This document shows, in pieces, positions 1 through 15,124 of a stretch of DNA of 64,000 bases. Numbering within the stretch: the first letter of the stretch is position 1; each line of letters begins with the position of its first letter. Source of the stretch: Eledone cirrhosa (taxonomy: Eukaryota); NCBI GenBank assembly GCA_964016885.1, contig OZ024746.1, positions 54,932,001 to 54,996,000 of the forward strand. The letters run 5' to 3'. A program made the position numbers and the translations under genes. The notes beneath the pieces are model-generated. The model searched no databases, was not told the DNA's origin, and was given only the letters and a program-made list of their open reading frames with translations.

Positions 1-480
1 TGGTGTGGGAATCTCTCGACTGGAAGGTTCTGAGGATCCAGGAACACATTCTGCGGGCCATGTCAACTTTGCTGCTTATATGCGTGGCCCAGCTTATGTT
101 GCTGTCCACGGTTACTCCCAAGTCTCTGATGTTGTTAGATGCCACGAGAGTTTCCCCGGAGGGAAGGGAGTACGGGAGTTTCAGAGCATCCTCTTTTCCA
201 AAGTGGATCAGTTCGAATTTGTCTTCGTTCAGTAACATGTTGTTCTTTTCCGCCCATTGGGTAACAGCCAGTAGGTCTGACTGAAGGCTTATCCGGTCAT
301 CCACGCCATTGATGACCTTTTGGAGCTTGGAATCATCAGCGAAAATGTTAATGTTGCTGTGTTTGATGATGTCAGTGATGTCATTAATATAGATGATGAA
401 GAGAAGTGGACCCAACACAGTGCCTTGTGGGACCCCACTACTGACTTTGGCTGGGCTGGATTTGACTCCTTCAACTACAA
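1..480 (-). mobile_element. Non-LTR retrotransposon (CR1/Jockey-group-like) RT fragment, 5'-truncated at (TA)n and running off the window
   Basis: Manual minus-strand translation [52 protein letters not shown] shows the GVPQGxxLGP and FADD RT motifs. The frame is not in the ORF track. Confidence 0.85.
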
Positions 481-556
481 CATATACATACATACATATA
501 CATACATGTATATGTATGTATATACATACATGTATATATATGTATATATATATATG

Positions 557-587
<31 letters not shown>

Positions 588-648
588 GTATATATGCATG
601 TATATATATATGTATATATGCATGTATATATATGTATATATATATATG

Positions 649-725
<77 letters not shown>

Positions 726-752
726 GTATATATATATGTATATATATATATG

Positions 753-801
<49 letters not shown>

Positions 802-876
802 GTACGTATTTATATATATATATGTATATATATATGTATATATACATATATATATATATACATATATACATACATG

Positions 877-907
<31 letters not shown>

Positions 908-925
908 GTATATATATACATATAT

Positions 926-956
<31 letters not shown>

Positions 957-968
957 CATACATGTATA

Positions 969-1022
<54 letters not shown>

Positions 1023-1150
1023 TGTATATATATATGTATATATATATATATATATATACATATATACATACATGTATATATATGTATATACATACATGTA
1101 TATATATGTATATATATGTATATATATATATGTATATATGTATATATATG

Positions 1151-1181
<31 letters not shown>

Positions 1182-1200
1182 TTATACATATATGTATATA

Positions 1201-1244
<44 letters not shown>

Positions 1245-1314
1245 CATATATGTATATATATATGTATATATATATATATATATATATACATATATACATA
1301 CATGTATATATATG

Positions 1315-1346
<32 letters not shown>

Positions 1347-1370
1347 TATACATATATGTATATATATATG

Positions 1371-1414
<44 letters not shown>

Positions 1415-1543
1415 TACATACATGTATATATATGTATATACATACATGTATATATATGTATATATATATATATATATATATACATATATACATAGATGTA
1501 TATATATGTATACACATACATTTATATATATGTATATATATGC

Positions 1544-1595
<52 letters not shown>

Positions 1596-1635
1596 GCATA
1601 TGTAAACATATACTCACATATACATACATATACAG
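481..1635. repeat. (TA)n microsatellite with TG/CA variants
   Basis: Directly visible. Confidence 0.98.
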
Positions 1636-2031
1636 AGAGAGATATTTGTGATTGTATGTAGTTATGGTGCACATAATTTTCCAATCAACCTTATCATTGT
1701 ATCATTAATTAATAAATACTCCCACCACGCCCTCTGGGAATTTTCATATCACATGATGGAGTACACCGTATTGAACATAAATAAAATTTCGAAAGCCATT
1801 ATGATTGAGCAGCATATGTGTGTATTTGTTTATATGTGTTTGCATATGTACCTCCGTCTAATATCTGTGAATGTGTGTATTTTCCTTTATCTGTTTTATT
1901 ACGTGTGGGTGTTTATGTATATACGTGCGGATTGCTATGTGACTGACTGTATTTGTGCTTATTTTGCTTGCCTTCTTAAGTGTATATATACTGAATATTT
2001 TTTTTCTGACTTTATTCTAAGTGTGTGTGTG

Positions 2032-2110
<79 letters not shown>

Positions 2111-2112
<2 letters not shown>

Positions 2113-2560
2113 AGGCCAACCCACCACCACCACCACACTACAGCCCATCTCATCCACCCACCGTTACCAACATCTCACCATCACACAGACGCCCATATAC
2201 ACTACAGGCCAGTACATCGCCTTGATACTTCCCACCAATCAAAACAACTCATTTTGTCAAACTCTTGAATGTCTGACTTTACCACATAGCATGTATTTCA
2301 TTTTCTTATATCATTTTAAGAAGGTCCGTCGAGCTGAGGATTATTGAGTCGGGTATGATCGATATAGATCGAACCTTGAGCTGATCACTGGCGAAACGCG
2401 CGTCACCTATCAATAAATGAAATGGAGGAATAATCAATCGTGCTTTTTATCCTTTCTATACATTACACTCTGTATAGCTCTACATCTCATCACAGAATTG
2501 AACCGAAAAATCGAGTGCTCTCCCGGGTGAAGCTGCAGTAATTCCTAGTTACAACCCCTG
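2111..2560 (+). mobile_element. Isolated PLE pLTR-like fragment with degenerate HHR-like motif
   Basis: CTGAGGA at 2334-2340, GAAACGCGCGTC at 2393-2404 (palindromic stem III), then AATAAA. Flanked by (TA)n. Stem I pairs poorly. Confidence 0.45.
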
Positions 2561-2570
2561 GATATATATA

Positions 2571-2749
<179 letters not shown>

Positions 2750-2751
2750 AT

Positions 2752-2944
<193 letters not shown>

Positions 2945-3013
2945 TTATTTATATATACAAATATTTATTTATATATATATATATTTATATATTTATATAT
3001 TTATATATGTATA

Positions 3014-3064
<51 letters not shown>

Positions 3065-6000
3065 CGGCGATGAATTAGTTTAGCGAGGTTTTTTATATGA
3101 AATCGTGTGTCGAAACAAATATTGTTATACTTGGGGAGGGTCATATTTGTGTAATATTGCCAGAATTAATAACAGAACACACTCACTGTTTGGTTGGTTT
3201 TCGCTTCTCGCTGTCTTTTATATCTGTAATCTAGTTTACTCGGTCCTCAATGTGGCCATTGACTGACCGACGGTCAAAAAATAATACAGATACAATATAG
3301 ACACAAACACATATATATAGTTTACATAATTTACATAAATTTTTCGTTGCACATCTGCAACATCGTCAGTGGTGTTATATTTTCCTCCTGTTGTGTTGCA
3401 TGTCTACGCCATTTTTTATTCAGTCTGTCTATATATTTATTTATTTATTTGCTTGTTTGTTTATTTTATTTTGTCTTCTCTGCGCATGCGTTTGCGTGTG
3501 TGTATAGTGCTATGTTTGCTGTGTGACTAGTGTGTATAGTGTTATGTTTGCTGGGTGACTAGTGTGTGTTTATGTGCTTGTTGTTATTGTGCTTGTGTAT
3601 GTATTTATTTATCTTATTTTATTTACTTATGTATACTTCTCTTAGGTCAGTGTTGTTTGTTTGGGTGTTGTTGTTATTCCACTCATTCTTTCTGTTTAGC
3701 TTCGGTCTTCTAATTTCTATTTCACTGGCCTCTCTGATTTGCCTATCTGCTGGGTCATTTCTATGTTTAGATATTAATCTAATTTCTATGTTGTCTATGT
3801 TACCGTCTTGTTATTGTCTAGCATGTTCGTATAGTAGTGACCCGGTTTTTCGTCCTTTCGGTTCCCCCCAGTGTTGGTCTATCCTTTCACCTACGCTACG
3901 AGCTGTCTCACCTATGTATGCTGGTGTCATGTTTCTGCAAGTACCCTCTGTACATCTTATGCTATAGACTACGTTTCTAGTTTTACAGTTTATCCGGGGG
4001 TTCACCTTACATATGATACATTTCCTATTGGTACAGTGGGTTTTCTTAAAAGGGTAGGTTTTGCTGATCAGGGATTTTATGGTGGTTCCTGGCTTTTCTA
4101 CCACCTTAATTTTTAAGTGGGTCTTTCTCAGGGCCTTTCTACACTGGTTAGCTAATGTCCCTCCAGGGGTGGCGTCCACAAACATGACACTCTGGTATCT
4201 CTGGTTGTCGTACCATGATGTGGCTTTCCCTATCTTATGTCTAGCCCTATCTAAGCTATTCCATGATTTGCTCCTGTATAATGTGCAAATTCCTTTCATG
4301 TCCAGTTCTATGAGGTTCTTATACTTTTCCATGGCTCCTTCGTATACTCTGACTCTGTCTCTTTGTTTGTAGCCAGAGAACTGCATGCGGTTGATGAAGT
4401 GTTGGATGTGTCCTTCCATTTCTGTTGGGTCGCACATGCTGGACACATTCTTCATCACTCGTACCAAATCTGCGATCAGAATATTAAACTTAGCACTACT
4501 GGAAATTGCTGAGTTTTTGAGTATCAGGTATTTGGAGGCCATGGGTTTAGCATAGTGTGAGTGAAGAATTTGGGCTCTCTTGTCTATAGTGTTAATCCAG
4601 AGTTCTGTGTCTAATACAGGTAGTCTATTGTTAGGGTGTTTGGAAGGGAAGTCGATAGTTACAGTTATACTCTGGTGTATGGAATTAGCTATCTCCTGGA
4701 TGCTTTCCATCGTGCTACGTTCTAAATCAACCTTGTTAGTGCTCTCTAGTGGGGGTGTTCTTATAACTATATTGATATCGTCTACATAACGAGAGTACAT
4801 GATGAGGTCTATGGAGCTTTCATTAAGGAGATCTTTAAGTCTCCTTTCCCACCATACCATGAAAAGGTTGGCAACATCACCAGCTATGCTGACGCCGATG
4901 GCTGCTCCCTCATTTTGGGTGTAGATTTTCTCATTGAACTTAAATATGTGGCCCTTTAGGGTAGTTTTGATACTAGCCCCTATTGCATGTGCGACCATTT
5001 TTCTTACCTGATCATTGTTTTGGGGGGTCCGTATAGCTTTGGTCCACCCAATCCACCTTCCCATGGGAGTCTTTTTTGCCATTGAGGTTATGGTGGGGGT
5101 CTACCTCTTATAGGTCTACTAGGGTAGAAACATCTAAGGTCATGGCTGTCTAGGTAGTCAGTGTCGTAGGTAAGTCTAAGTAGGAGGCCCAGTTCGTCTA
5201 TGTCGACGTCGCAAAACACCACCTCACTCTCAATGATCATCTCCACACATCTTTTCACAGCAAAATCAATGTTAATGGATGGTGACATTGACACCACATC
5301 CATGCTGCCTATTATGCAGTTGGGAAGGCTCCTGTTTTTGTTGCACTCACTGATTCTGGTGCGGAGGTCCTCTGTACTGTCACATACATCTGGGGACATC
5401 TTGATTATGGGGCGTATAACCATTGAGAGGAAGTAGGAGATCCTGTAGTTGCTAGCTATATTAGCTCCGCATACGGGTCTTGTTGGTGGTCCTGTTGTCG
5501 GGTCGTCGACTGTCTTGTGGTCTTTGCGGAGCCGATACAAGGGTGGTATGCCATTGTTAGACGCCTGGAAGTTGTTGGCAGTGCGTCTGCTGGCTTTAGG
5601 ATGTCAGTCCACATCATCATGGGAGCGTTGAGGATTTTTTCTCTCCCATCGTGTGTTTGTTGCGCAACTTCTCTCGTGTTGGTGATGTGGGGTTGCATAG
5701 CCTCGATGTAGTTCGGCATGCTATCTATTGACATCCTACCAGACTTATCTGTGGGTAGACACACTACCTAACCATCCCTTGTGCGCTGCTTGAAGCTAAC
5801 CAAGCCTTCTACAGGTTTCCTCCCAAGTTGTTGGACCTCTGGTCTGCTCTGTCTCTTAGTATACCTGTCTACTATTTGTCTAATCTTATTTCTAGCTATG
5901 GTGAACTGTGCCTCTGTCTCGTCATCTATTTGTTGTGGTATGCAAACTCTTTTATTAAAGGGTAACCTCGTAGGATAGATATTACCCATTTTATATGTTT

Positions 6001-6109
6001 TGTCAGCTGGGTTGAAAAATAGTTTCTCTAAGGGGTTGTCATTATATCTATCGTCATAGTTGTGTGTGTTGCTATTGTTGTTATCAGGGTGGTTGTTGTT
6101 GTTTCTATC
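3065..6109 (-). pseudogene. Degenerate 5'-truncated PLE, family A (RT + GIY-YIG)
   Basis: ORF pieces 5768-6109, 5456-5764, 5088-5540 and 3811-5082 are collinear with the 57735-61121 protein (YVDD, VVY..YIG). Frameshifts and a premature TAA at 3811-3813. 3' region matches 54015-54590. Confidence 0.93.
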
Positions 6110-6133
6110 ATATATATGTATATATAGATTTAT

Positions 6134-6197
<64 letters not shown>

Positions 6198-6341
6198 ATA
6201 TTTATATTTATATATATATAGAGATTTATATATATATATATATATATATAGTAATAATAATAAAATTGAAGACTAAAATCCAAAGAGGGCTCGATAAGGA
6301 AAATATATATCAAATTTAATCTGTTATGTTAATAAATATAT

Positions 6342-6378
<37 letters not shown>

Positions 6379-6423
6379 TATATTTTTATATTTCGTTTCT
6401 GAATTTGTTTAGCAAGAATTTTA

Positions 6424-6474
<51 letters not shown>

Positions 6475-6504
6475 ATTTATATTTATATTTTATATATATA
6501 TGTA

Positions 6505-6815
6505 TATATCTATGGCGTAGGACAGAACAAAGGAGAGGCACAAAAAACAAAGAAAAGCATCGCCAGTTACTCAAGAGGTCACAGAATGTGTGACGAAAGA
6601 ACTTTGACAATATATAAACAACCATCTGGTTGTGGAACCAACCAACCAACCGGAAATTTATAAATTCCTAAATTTATAACTTTATTATAATAAATTGAAG
6701 TGAAACTTCTGGTTCGTGTGTTTCTTATTGGCAACATGACCCTCCCAAAGTATAACAGTATCGGTTTCAAAACACGTTTTGAGATAAAGAATCTTGCTAA
6801 ACAAATTCAGAAACG

Positions 6816-6816
<1 letters not shown>
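6505..6816 (+). mobile_element. 3' terminal segment of a PLE related to family A
   Basis: ATGACCCTCCCAAAGTATAACA..GTTTC..ACACG resembles the family A 3' end (61617-61640 and reverse complement of 54015-54090). Opposite orientation to the 3065-6109 copy. Confidence 0.6.
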
Positions 6817-6901
<85 letters not shown>

Positions 6902-6903
<2 letters not shown>

Positions 6904-7073
6904 GTAGGTCCCGGGTGAGTCGGGGATAACCACAGTAAGTAAGGTACTCAATACATGGCAGAGTAAAATTATTTTATTTTATAGAAGGAACTTCTACAGG
7001 ACTAGTACTGTTTCATTCAGATGAAGATTTCATCTGAATGAAACAGTACTAGTCCTGTAGAAGTTCCTTCTAT

Positions 7074-7123
<50 letters not shown>

Positions 7124-7246
7124 ATAGAAGGAACTTCTACAGGACTAGTACTGTTTCATTCAGATGAAATCTTCATCTGAATGAAACAGTACTAGTCCTG
7201 TAGAAGTTCCAGCTATAAAATAAAATAATTTTACTCTGCCATGTAA
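6902..7246. mobile_element. Two short palindromic pLTR fragments of HHR family E
   Basis: Inverted arms ending GAAACAGTACTAGTCCTGTAGAAG with centres near 7026 and 7170. Same family at 21670-21880, 36590-36795 and 46770-46902. Confidence 0.75.
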
Positions 7247-7248
7247 TG

Positions 7249-7879
7249 GTTGGAGTGAAAATTTAAGTAAGTAAGTAAAAGATTTTTTAAAAATTTTTTT
7301 AAAAAATATTTTCTTATCTTACGTCTTTTATATTATTGTTCTGCACCCTCCTGCATTGAACCACCTAGGTACTATGACATAACCTGTGTATTTGCTGGCA
7401 TGGACGTGCATCTGTGCGCCTATGTTAGTTGATATATTAAATTATCTATATTTATCTCCAAATCACTGATTTGTCGAGCAAACCTGCCAAAACCACTTCT
7501 AAATTTTTTTTGGCGTGTTAGTAGGCGTCAGTCATCTTACCATCCCATTCCTTCTAACTAGCCTCTGTGTCACGTGATTGATTCTTTAGAATCGGCCATT
7601 TGACTAGAAGCAGTGAGAATTTCAGTACATGGAATCCAGTCCTCGCCAGCTGTTCTTTCTACCGAATTATTATTATTTTTATATGAGCCGCCAGTGTCCG
7701 CGCATTGCATGGAGACTCAGCTGAGAATAGACTCCCTGATAACGCAATGAATTCTCGACAGTTGGATTACGTAACTGTCTTTATCCCATTGCAGAAACTA
7801 ATTAGTTGGAGTGAAAATTTAAGTAAGTAAGTAAAAGAATTTTTAAAAAGTTTTTTAAAAAATATTTTCTTATCTTACG

Positions 7880-7888
<9 letters not shown>
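7249..7888 (+). mobile_element. 556-bp HHR-type unit plus ~80-bp terminal redundancy (retrozyme/pLTR-like)
   Basis: Direct repeat 7249-7332 and 7805-7888. Motif actcc-CTGATAA(7736-7742)-stem II gcaatg/cattgc-GAAA(7794-7797)-ctaattaGTT-ggagt. The core has G8->A. Confidence 0.7.
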
Positions 7889-7937
<49 letters not shown>

Positions 7938-8056
7938 TTATATGTATATATATTTATTTATATGTATATATATTTATATATATGTATATATATTTATATA
8001 TTTATATACATATATATATGTATATATATTTATATATGTATATATATTTATATATT

Positions 8057-8087
<31 letters not shown>

Positions 8088-8247
8088 TTATATATTTATA
8101 TACATATATATATATATATGTATATATATTTATATATTTATATACATATATATATTTATATATATGTAAATATATTTATATATTTATATACATATATATA
8201 TTTATATATATGTATATATATATTTATATATTTATATATATGTATAT

Positions 8248-10723
8248 ATTGGAATAAATGCTCTGAAATAGCGATATATATGTGAATATAGACATAGAAT
8301 ATTCGAAAATATTCTGTATGTTTATAATAAACATTTTGAAGACCTAATCGCTATAGAATAGAATACGTCACGTATTACAATTAGATTCTCGATAAAAGCA
8401 AGGGAAGTAATCTACGCGTTTCATTCTTGTTAGAATTCATCAGGACTACATATCCAGTGCTTTTATCGAGAATGACACAGCTAGAGACTTATAGAATACT
8501 TAGCTGTGTACAGGAACTGGTTTGGAAGAGCGGTTGCCGGTCCGGCAGAAATTAGAAATTGGAATAAATGCTCTGAAATAGCGATATATATGTGAATATA
8601 GACATAGAATATTCGAAAATATTCTGTATGTTTATAATAAACATTTTGAAGACCTAATCGCTATAGAATAGAATACGTCACGTATTACAATTAGATTCTC
8701 GATAAAAGCAAGGGAAGTAATCTACGCGTTTCATTCTTGTTAGAATTCATCAGGACTACATATCCAGTGCTTTTATCGAGAATGACACAGCTAGAGACTT
8801 ATAGAATACTTAGCTGTGTACAGGAACTGGTTTGAAAGAGCGGTTGCCGGTCCGGCAGAAATTAGAAATTGGAATAAATGCTCTGAAATAGCGATATATA
8901 TGTGAATATAGACATAGAATATTCGAAAATATTCTGTATGTTTATAATAAACATTTTGAAGACCTAATCGCTATAGAATAGAATACGTCACGTATTACAA
9001 TTAGATTCTCGATAAAAGCAAGGGAAGTAATCTACGCGTTTCATTCTTGTTAGAATTCATCAGGACTACATATCCAGTGCTTTTATCGAGAATGACACAG
9101 CTAGAGACTTATAGAATACTTAGCTGTGTACAGGAACTGGTTTGAAAGAGCGGTTGCCGGTCCGGCAGAAATTAGAAATTGGAATAAATGCTCTGAAATA
9201 GCGATATATATGTGAATATAGACATAGAATATTCGAAAATATTCTGTATGTTTATAATAAACATTTTGAAGACCTAATCGCTATAGAATAGAATACGTCA
9301 CGTATTACAATTAGATTCTCGATAAAAGCAAGGGAAGTAATCTACGCGTTTCATTCTTGTTAGAATTCATCAGGACTACATATCCAGTGCTTTTATCGAG
9401 AATGACACAGCTAGAGACTTATAGAATACTTAGCTGTGTACAGGAACTGGTTTGAAAGAGCGGTTGCCGGTCCGGCAGAAATTAGAAATTGGAATAAATG
9501 CTCTGAAATAGCGATATATATGTGAATATAGACATAGAATATTCGAAAATATTCTGTATGTTTATAATAAACATTTTGAAGACCTAATCGCTATAGAATA
9601 GAATACGTCACGTATTACAATTAGATTCTCGATAAAAGCAAGGGAAGTAATCTACGCGTTTCATTCTTGTTAGAATTCATCAGGACTACATATCCAGTGC
9701 TTTTATCGAGAATGACACAGCTAGAGACTTATAGAATACTTAGCTGTGTACAGGAACTGGTTTGAAAGAGCGGTTGCCGGTCCGGCAGAAATTAGAAATT
9801 GGAATAAATGCTCTGAAATAGCGATATATATGTGAATATAGACATAGAATATTCGAAAATATTCTGTATGTTTATAATAAACATTTTGAAGACCTAATCG
9901 CTATAGAATAGAATACGTCACGTATTACAATTAGATTCTCGATAAAAGCAAGGGAAGTAATCTACGCGTTTCATTCTTGTTAGAATTCATCAGGACTACA
10001 TATCCAGTGCTTTTATCGAGAATGACACAGCTAGAGACTTATAGAATACTTAGCTGTGTACAGGAACTGGTTTGAAAGAGCGGTTGCCGGTCCGGCAGAA
10101 ATTAGAAATTGGAATAAATGCTCTGAAATAGCGATATATATGTGAATATAGACATAGAATATTCGAAAATATTCTGTATGTTTATAATAAACATTTTGAA
10201 GACCTAATCGCTATAGAATAGAATACGTCACGTATTACAATTAGATTCTCGATAAAAGCAAGGGAAGTAATCTACGCGTTTCATTCTTGTTAGAATTCAT
10301 CAGGACTACATATCCAGTGCTTTTATCGAGAATGACACAGCTAGAGACTTATAGAATACTTAGCTGTGTACAGGAACTGGTTTGAAAGAGCGGTTGCCGG
10401 TCCGGCAGAAATTAGAAATTGGAATAAATGCTCTGAAATAGCGATATATATGTGAATATAGACATAGAATATTCGAAAATATTCTGTATGTTTATAATAA
10501 ACATTTTGAAGACCTAATCGCTATAGAATAGAATACGTCACGTATTACAATTAGATTCTCGATAAAAGCAAGGGAAGTAATCTACGCGTTTCATTCTTGT
10601 TAGAATTCATCAGGACTACATATCCAGTGCTTTTATCGAGAATGACACAGCTAGAGACTTATAGAATACTTAGCTGTGTACAGGAACTGGTTTGAAAGAG
10701 CGGTTGCCGGTCCGGCAGAAATT
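8248..10723 (-). repeat. Left arm of the retrozyme-like array: ~8 tandem 310-bp units with HHR on the minus strand
   Basis: Period 310 (GGAATAAATG at 8251, 8561 ... 10421). TCATCAG at 8437+310n, 8 copies. Confidence 0.95.
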
Positions 10724-13633
10724 GCTTTTATCGAGAATCTAATTGTAATACGTGACGTATTCTATTCTATAGCGATTAGGTCTTCAAAATGTTTATTATA
10801 AACATACAGAATATTTTCGAATATTCTATGTCTATATTCACATATATATCGCTATTTCAGAGCATTTATTCCAATTTCTAATTTCTGCCGGACCGGCAAC
10901 CGCTCTTTCAAACCAGTTCCTGTACACAGCTAAGTATTCTATAAGTCTCTAGCTGTGTCATTCTCGATAAAAGCACTGGATATGTAGTCCTGATGAATTC
11001 TAACAAGAATGAAACGCGTAGATTACTTCCCTTGCTTTTATCGAGAATCTAATTGTAATACGTGACGTATTCTATTCTATAGCGATTAGGTCTTCAAAAT
11101 GTTTATTATAAACATACAGAATATTTTCGAATATTCTATGTCTATATTCACATATATATCGCTATTTCAGAGCATTTATTCCAATTTCTAATTTCTGCCG
11201 GACCGGCAACCGCTCTTTCAAACCAGTTCCTGTACACAGCTAAGTATTCTATAAGTCTCTAGCTGTGTCATTCTCGATAAAAGCACTGGATATGTAGTCC
11301 TGATGAATTCTAACAAGAATGAAACGCGTAGATTACTTCCCTTGCTTTTATCGAGAATCTAATTGTAATACGTGACGTATTCTATTCTATAGCGATTAGG
11401 TCTTCAAAATGTTTATTATAAACATACAGAATATTTTCGAATATTCTATGTCTATATTCACATATATATCGCTATTTCAGAGCATTTATTCCAATTTCTA
11501 ATTTCTGCCGGACCGGCAACCGCTCTTTCAAACCAGTTCCTGTACACAGCTAAGTATTCTATAAGTCTCTAGCTGTGTCATTCTCGATAAAAGCACTGGA
11601 TATGTAGTCCTGATGAATTCTAACAAGAATGAAACGCGTAGATTACTTCCCTTGCTTTTATCGAGAATCTAATTGTAATACGTGACGTATTCTATTCTAT
11701 AGCGATTAGGTCTTCAAAATGTTTATTATAAACATACAGAATATTTTCGAATATTCTATGTCTATATTCACATATATATCGCTATTTCAGAGCATTTATT
11801 CCAATTTCTAATTTCTGCCGGACCGGCAACCGCTCTTTCAAACCAGTTCCTGTACACAGCTAAGTATTCTATAAGTCTCTAGCTGTGTCATTCTCGATAA
11901 AAGCACTGGATATGTAGTCCTGATGAATTCTAACAAGAATGAAACGCGTAGATTACTTCCCTTGCTTTTATCGAGAATCTAATTGTAATACGTGACGTAT
12001 TCTATTCTATAGCGATTAGGTCTTCAAAATGTTTATTATAAACATACAGAATATTTTCGAATATTCTATGTCTATATTCACATATATATCGCTATTTCAG
12101 AGCATTTATTCCAATTTCTAATTTCTGCCGGACCGGCAACCGCTCTTTCAAACCAGTTCCTGTACACAGCTAAGTATTCTATAAGTCTCTAGCTGTGTCA
12201 TTCTCGATAAAAGCACTGGATATGTAGTCCTGATGAATTCTAACAAGAATGAAACGCGTAGATTACTTCCCTTGCTTTTATCGAGAATCTAATTGTAATA
12301 CGTGACGTATTCTATTCTATAGCGATTAGGTCTTCAAAATGTTTATTATAAACATACAGAATATTTTCGAATATTCTATGTCTATATTCACATATATATC
12401 GCTATTTCAGAGCATTTATTCCAATTTCTAATTTCTGCCGGACCGGCAACCGCTCTTTCAAACCAGTTCCTGTACACAGCTAAGTATTCTATAAGTCTCT
12501 AGCTGTGTCATTCTCGATAAAAGCACTGGATATGTAGTCCTGATGAATTCTAACAAGAATGAAACGCGTAGATTACTTCCCTTGCTTTTATCGAGAATCT
12601 AATTGTAATACGTGACGTATTCTATTCTATAGCGATTAGGTCTTCAAAATGTTTATTATAAACATACAGAATATTTTCGAATATTCTATGTCTATATTCA
12701 CATATATATCGCTATTTCAGAGCATTTATTCCAATTTCTAATTTCTGCCGGACCGGCAACCGCTCTTTCAAACCAGTTCCTGTACACAGCTAAGTATTCT
12801 ATAAGTCTCTAGCTGTGTCATTCTCGATAAAAGCACTGGATATGTAGTCCTGATGAATTCTAACAAGAATGAAACGCGTAGATTACTTCCCTTGCTTTTA
12901 TCGAGAATCTAATTGTAATACGTGACGTATTCTATTCTATAGCGATTAGGTCTTCAAAATGTTTATTATAAACATACAGAATATTTTCGAATATTCTATG
13001 TCTATATTCACATATATATCGCTATTTCAGAGCATTTATTCCAATTTCTAATTTCTGCCGGACCGGCAACCGCTCTTTCAAACCAGTTCCTGTACACAGC
13101 TAAGTATTCTATAAGTCTCTAGCTGTGTCATTCTCGATAAAAGCACTGGATATGTAGTCCTGATGAATTCTAACAAGAATGAAACGCGTAGATTACTTCC
13201 CTTGCTTTTATCGAGAATCTAATTGTAATACGTGACGTATTCTATTCTATAGCGATTAGGTCTTCAAAATGTTTATTATAAACATACAGAATATTTTCGA
13301 ATATTCTATGTCTATATTCACATATATATCGCTATTTCAGAGCATTTATTCCAATTTCTAATTTCTGCCGGACCGGCAACCGCTCTTTCAAACCAGTTCC
13401 TGTACACAGCTAAGTATTCTATAAGTCTCTAGCTGTGTCATTCTCGATAAAAGCACTGGATATGTAGTCCTGATGAATTCTAACAAGAATGAAACGCGTA
13501 GATTACTTCCCTTGCTTTTATCGAGAATCTAATTGTAATACGTGACGTATTCTATTCTATAGCGATTAGGTCTTCAAAATGTTTATTATAAACATACAGA
13601 ATATTTTCGAATATTCTATGTCTATATTCACAT
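10723..13633 (+). repeat. Right arm of the retrozyme-like array: ~9.4 tandem 310-bp units with HHR on the plus strand
   Basis: Reverse complement of the left-arm unit. CTGATGA at 10990+310n up to 13470, 9 copies. Confidence 0.95.
10961..11047 (+). ncRNA. Type I hammerhead ribozyme (representative of 17 copies), predicted cleavage after 11020
   Basis: Stem I gtagtc/gattac, extended by ttctcgataaaagca/tgcttttatcgagaa. Core CTGATGA 10990-10996. Stem II attct-aaca-agaat. GAAA 11011-11014. Palindromic stem III ACGCGT. GUA triplet. Confidence 0.9.
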
Positions 13634-13710
13634 ATGTATATATATTTATATATTTATATACATATATATTTTTATATATATGTTTATATATTTATATATA
13701 TATATTTATA

Positions 13711-13779
<69 letters not shown>

Positions 13780-13970
13780 TCTTTTAGTCTTTTACCTGTT
13801 TCAGCCATCCGGCTAAGGCCATGCTGTGGCACCGCCCTTGTTGCCACACATTTTATCTCCAGCCTGTATAGGTTGGCCACTGGTGTAAGAAGCAGTTCGT
13901 TGCTGCTGCCGTTAGGTTTCCCTCGTGTCTTGCTGTGGGCTCATCCGGGATCCTGGATGACAAGGTTATA

Positions 13971-14053
<83 letters not shown>

Positions 14054-14132
14054 GTATATATATATATATACGTATATATATATATATTCGTTTATATATA
14101 TATATATATATACGTACATATATATATTCGTT

Positions 14133-14167
<35 letters not shown>

Positions 14168-14222
14168 ATATATTTATATATATGTATATATATATGTATA
14201 TATATATATTTTTTTTTATATA

Positions 14223-14267
<45 letters not shown>

Positions 14268-14369
14268 GTATATATATATGTATATATATATATATATTTA
14301 TATATATGTATATATATATATTTATATATATGTATATTATATATATTTATATATATATATATATTTATA

Positions 14370-14414
<45 letters not shown>

Positions 14415-14647
14415 GTATATATATTTGTATATTTATATATTTGTATATATGTATATATATATATATATTAATATATATGTATATATATGTATATATATAT
14501 ATTTATATATATGTATATATATATGTATATATATATATTTATATATATGTATATATATATATATTTATATATATGTATATATATATGTATATATATATAT
14601 ATATATATTTATATGTATATATATATATATTTATATATATGTATATA

Positions 14648-14692
<45 letters not shown>

Positions 14693-14707
14693 ATATTTAT
14701 ATATATG

Positions 14708-14776
<69 letters not shown>

Positions 14777-14783
14777 GTATATA

Positions 14784-14814
<31 letters not shown>

Positions 14815-14847
14815 ATATGTATATATATATATATATTTATATATATG

Positions 14848-14906
<59 letters not shown>

Positions 14907-14923
14907 GTATATATATGTGTATC

Positions 14924-14956
<33 letters not shown>

Positions 14957-15079
14957 ATATTTATATATATATGTATATATATGTGTATCTATATATATTT
15001 ATATATATGTATATATATATATGTATATATATATTTATATATATGTATATATGTATATATATTTATATATATGTATATA

Positions 15080-15124
<45 letters not shown>

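Noticed and set aside
8248-13633. CRISPR array or centromeric satellite
   Set aside because: No unique spacers or cas genes. The units are full 310-bp duplicates with an HHR and occur at a second dispersed locus.
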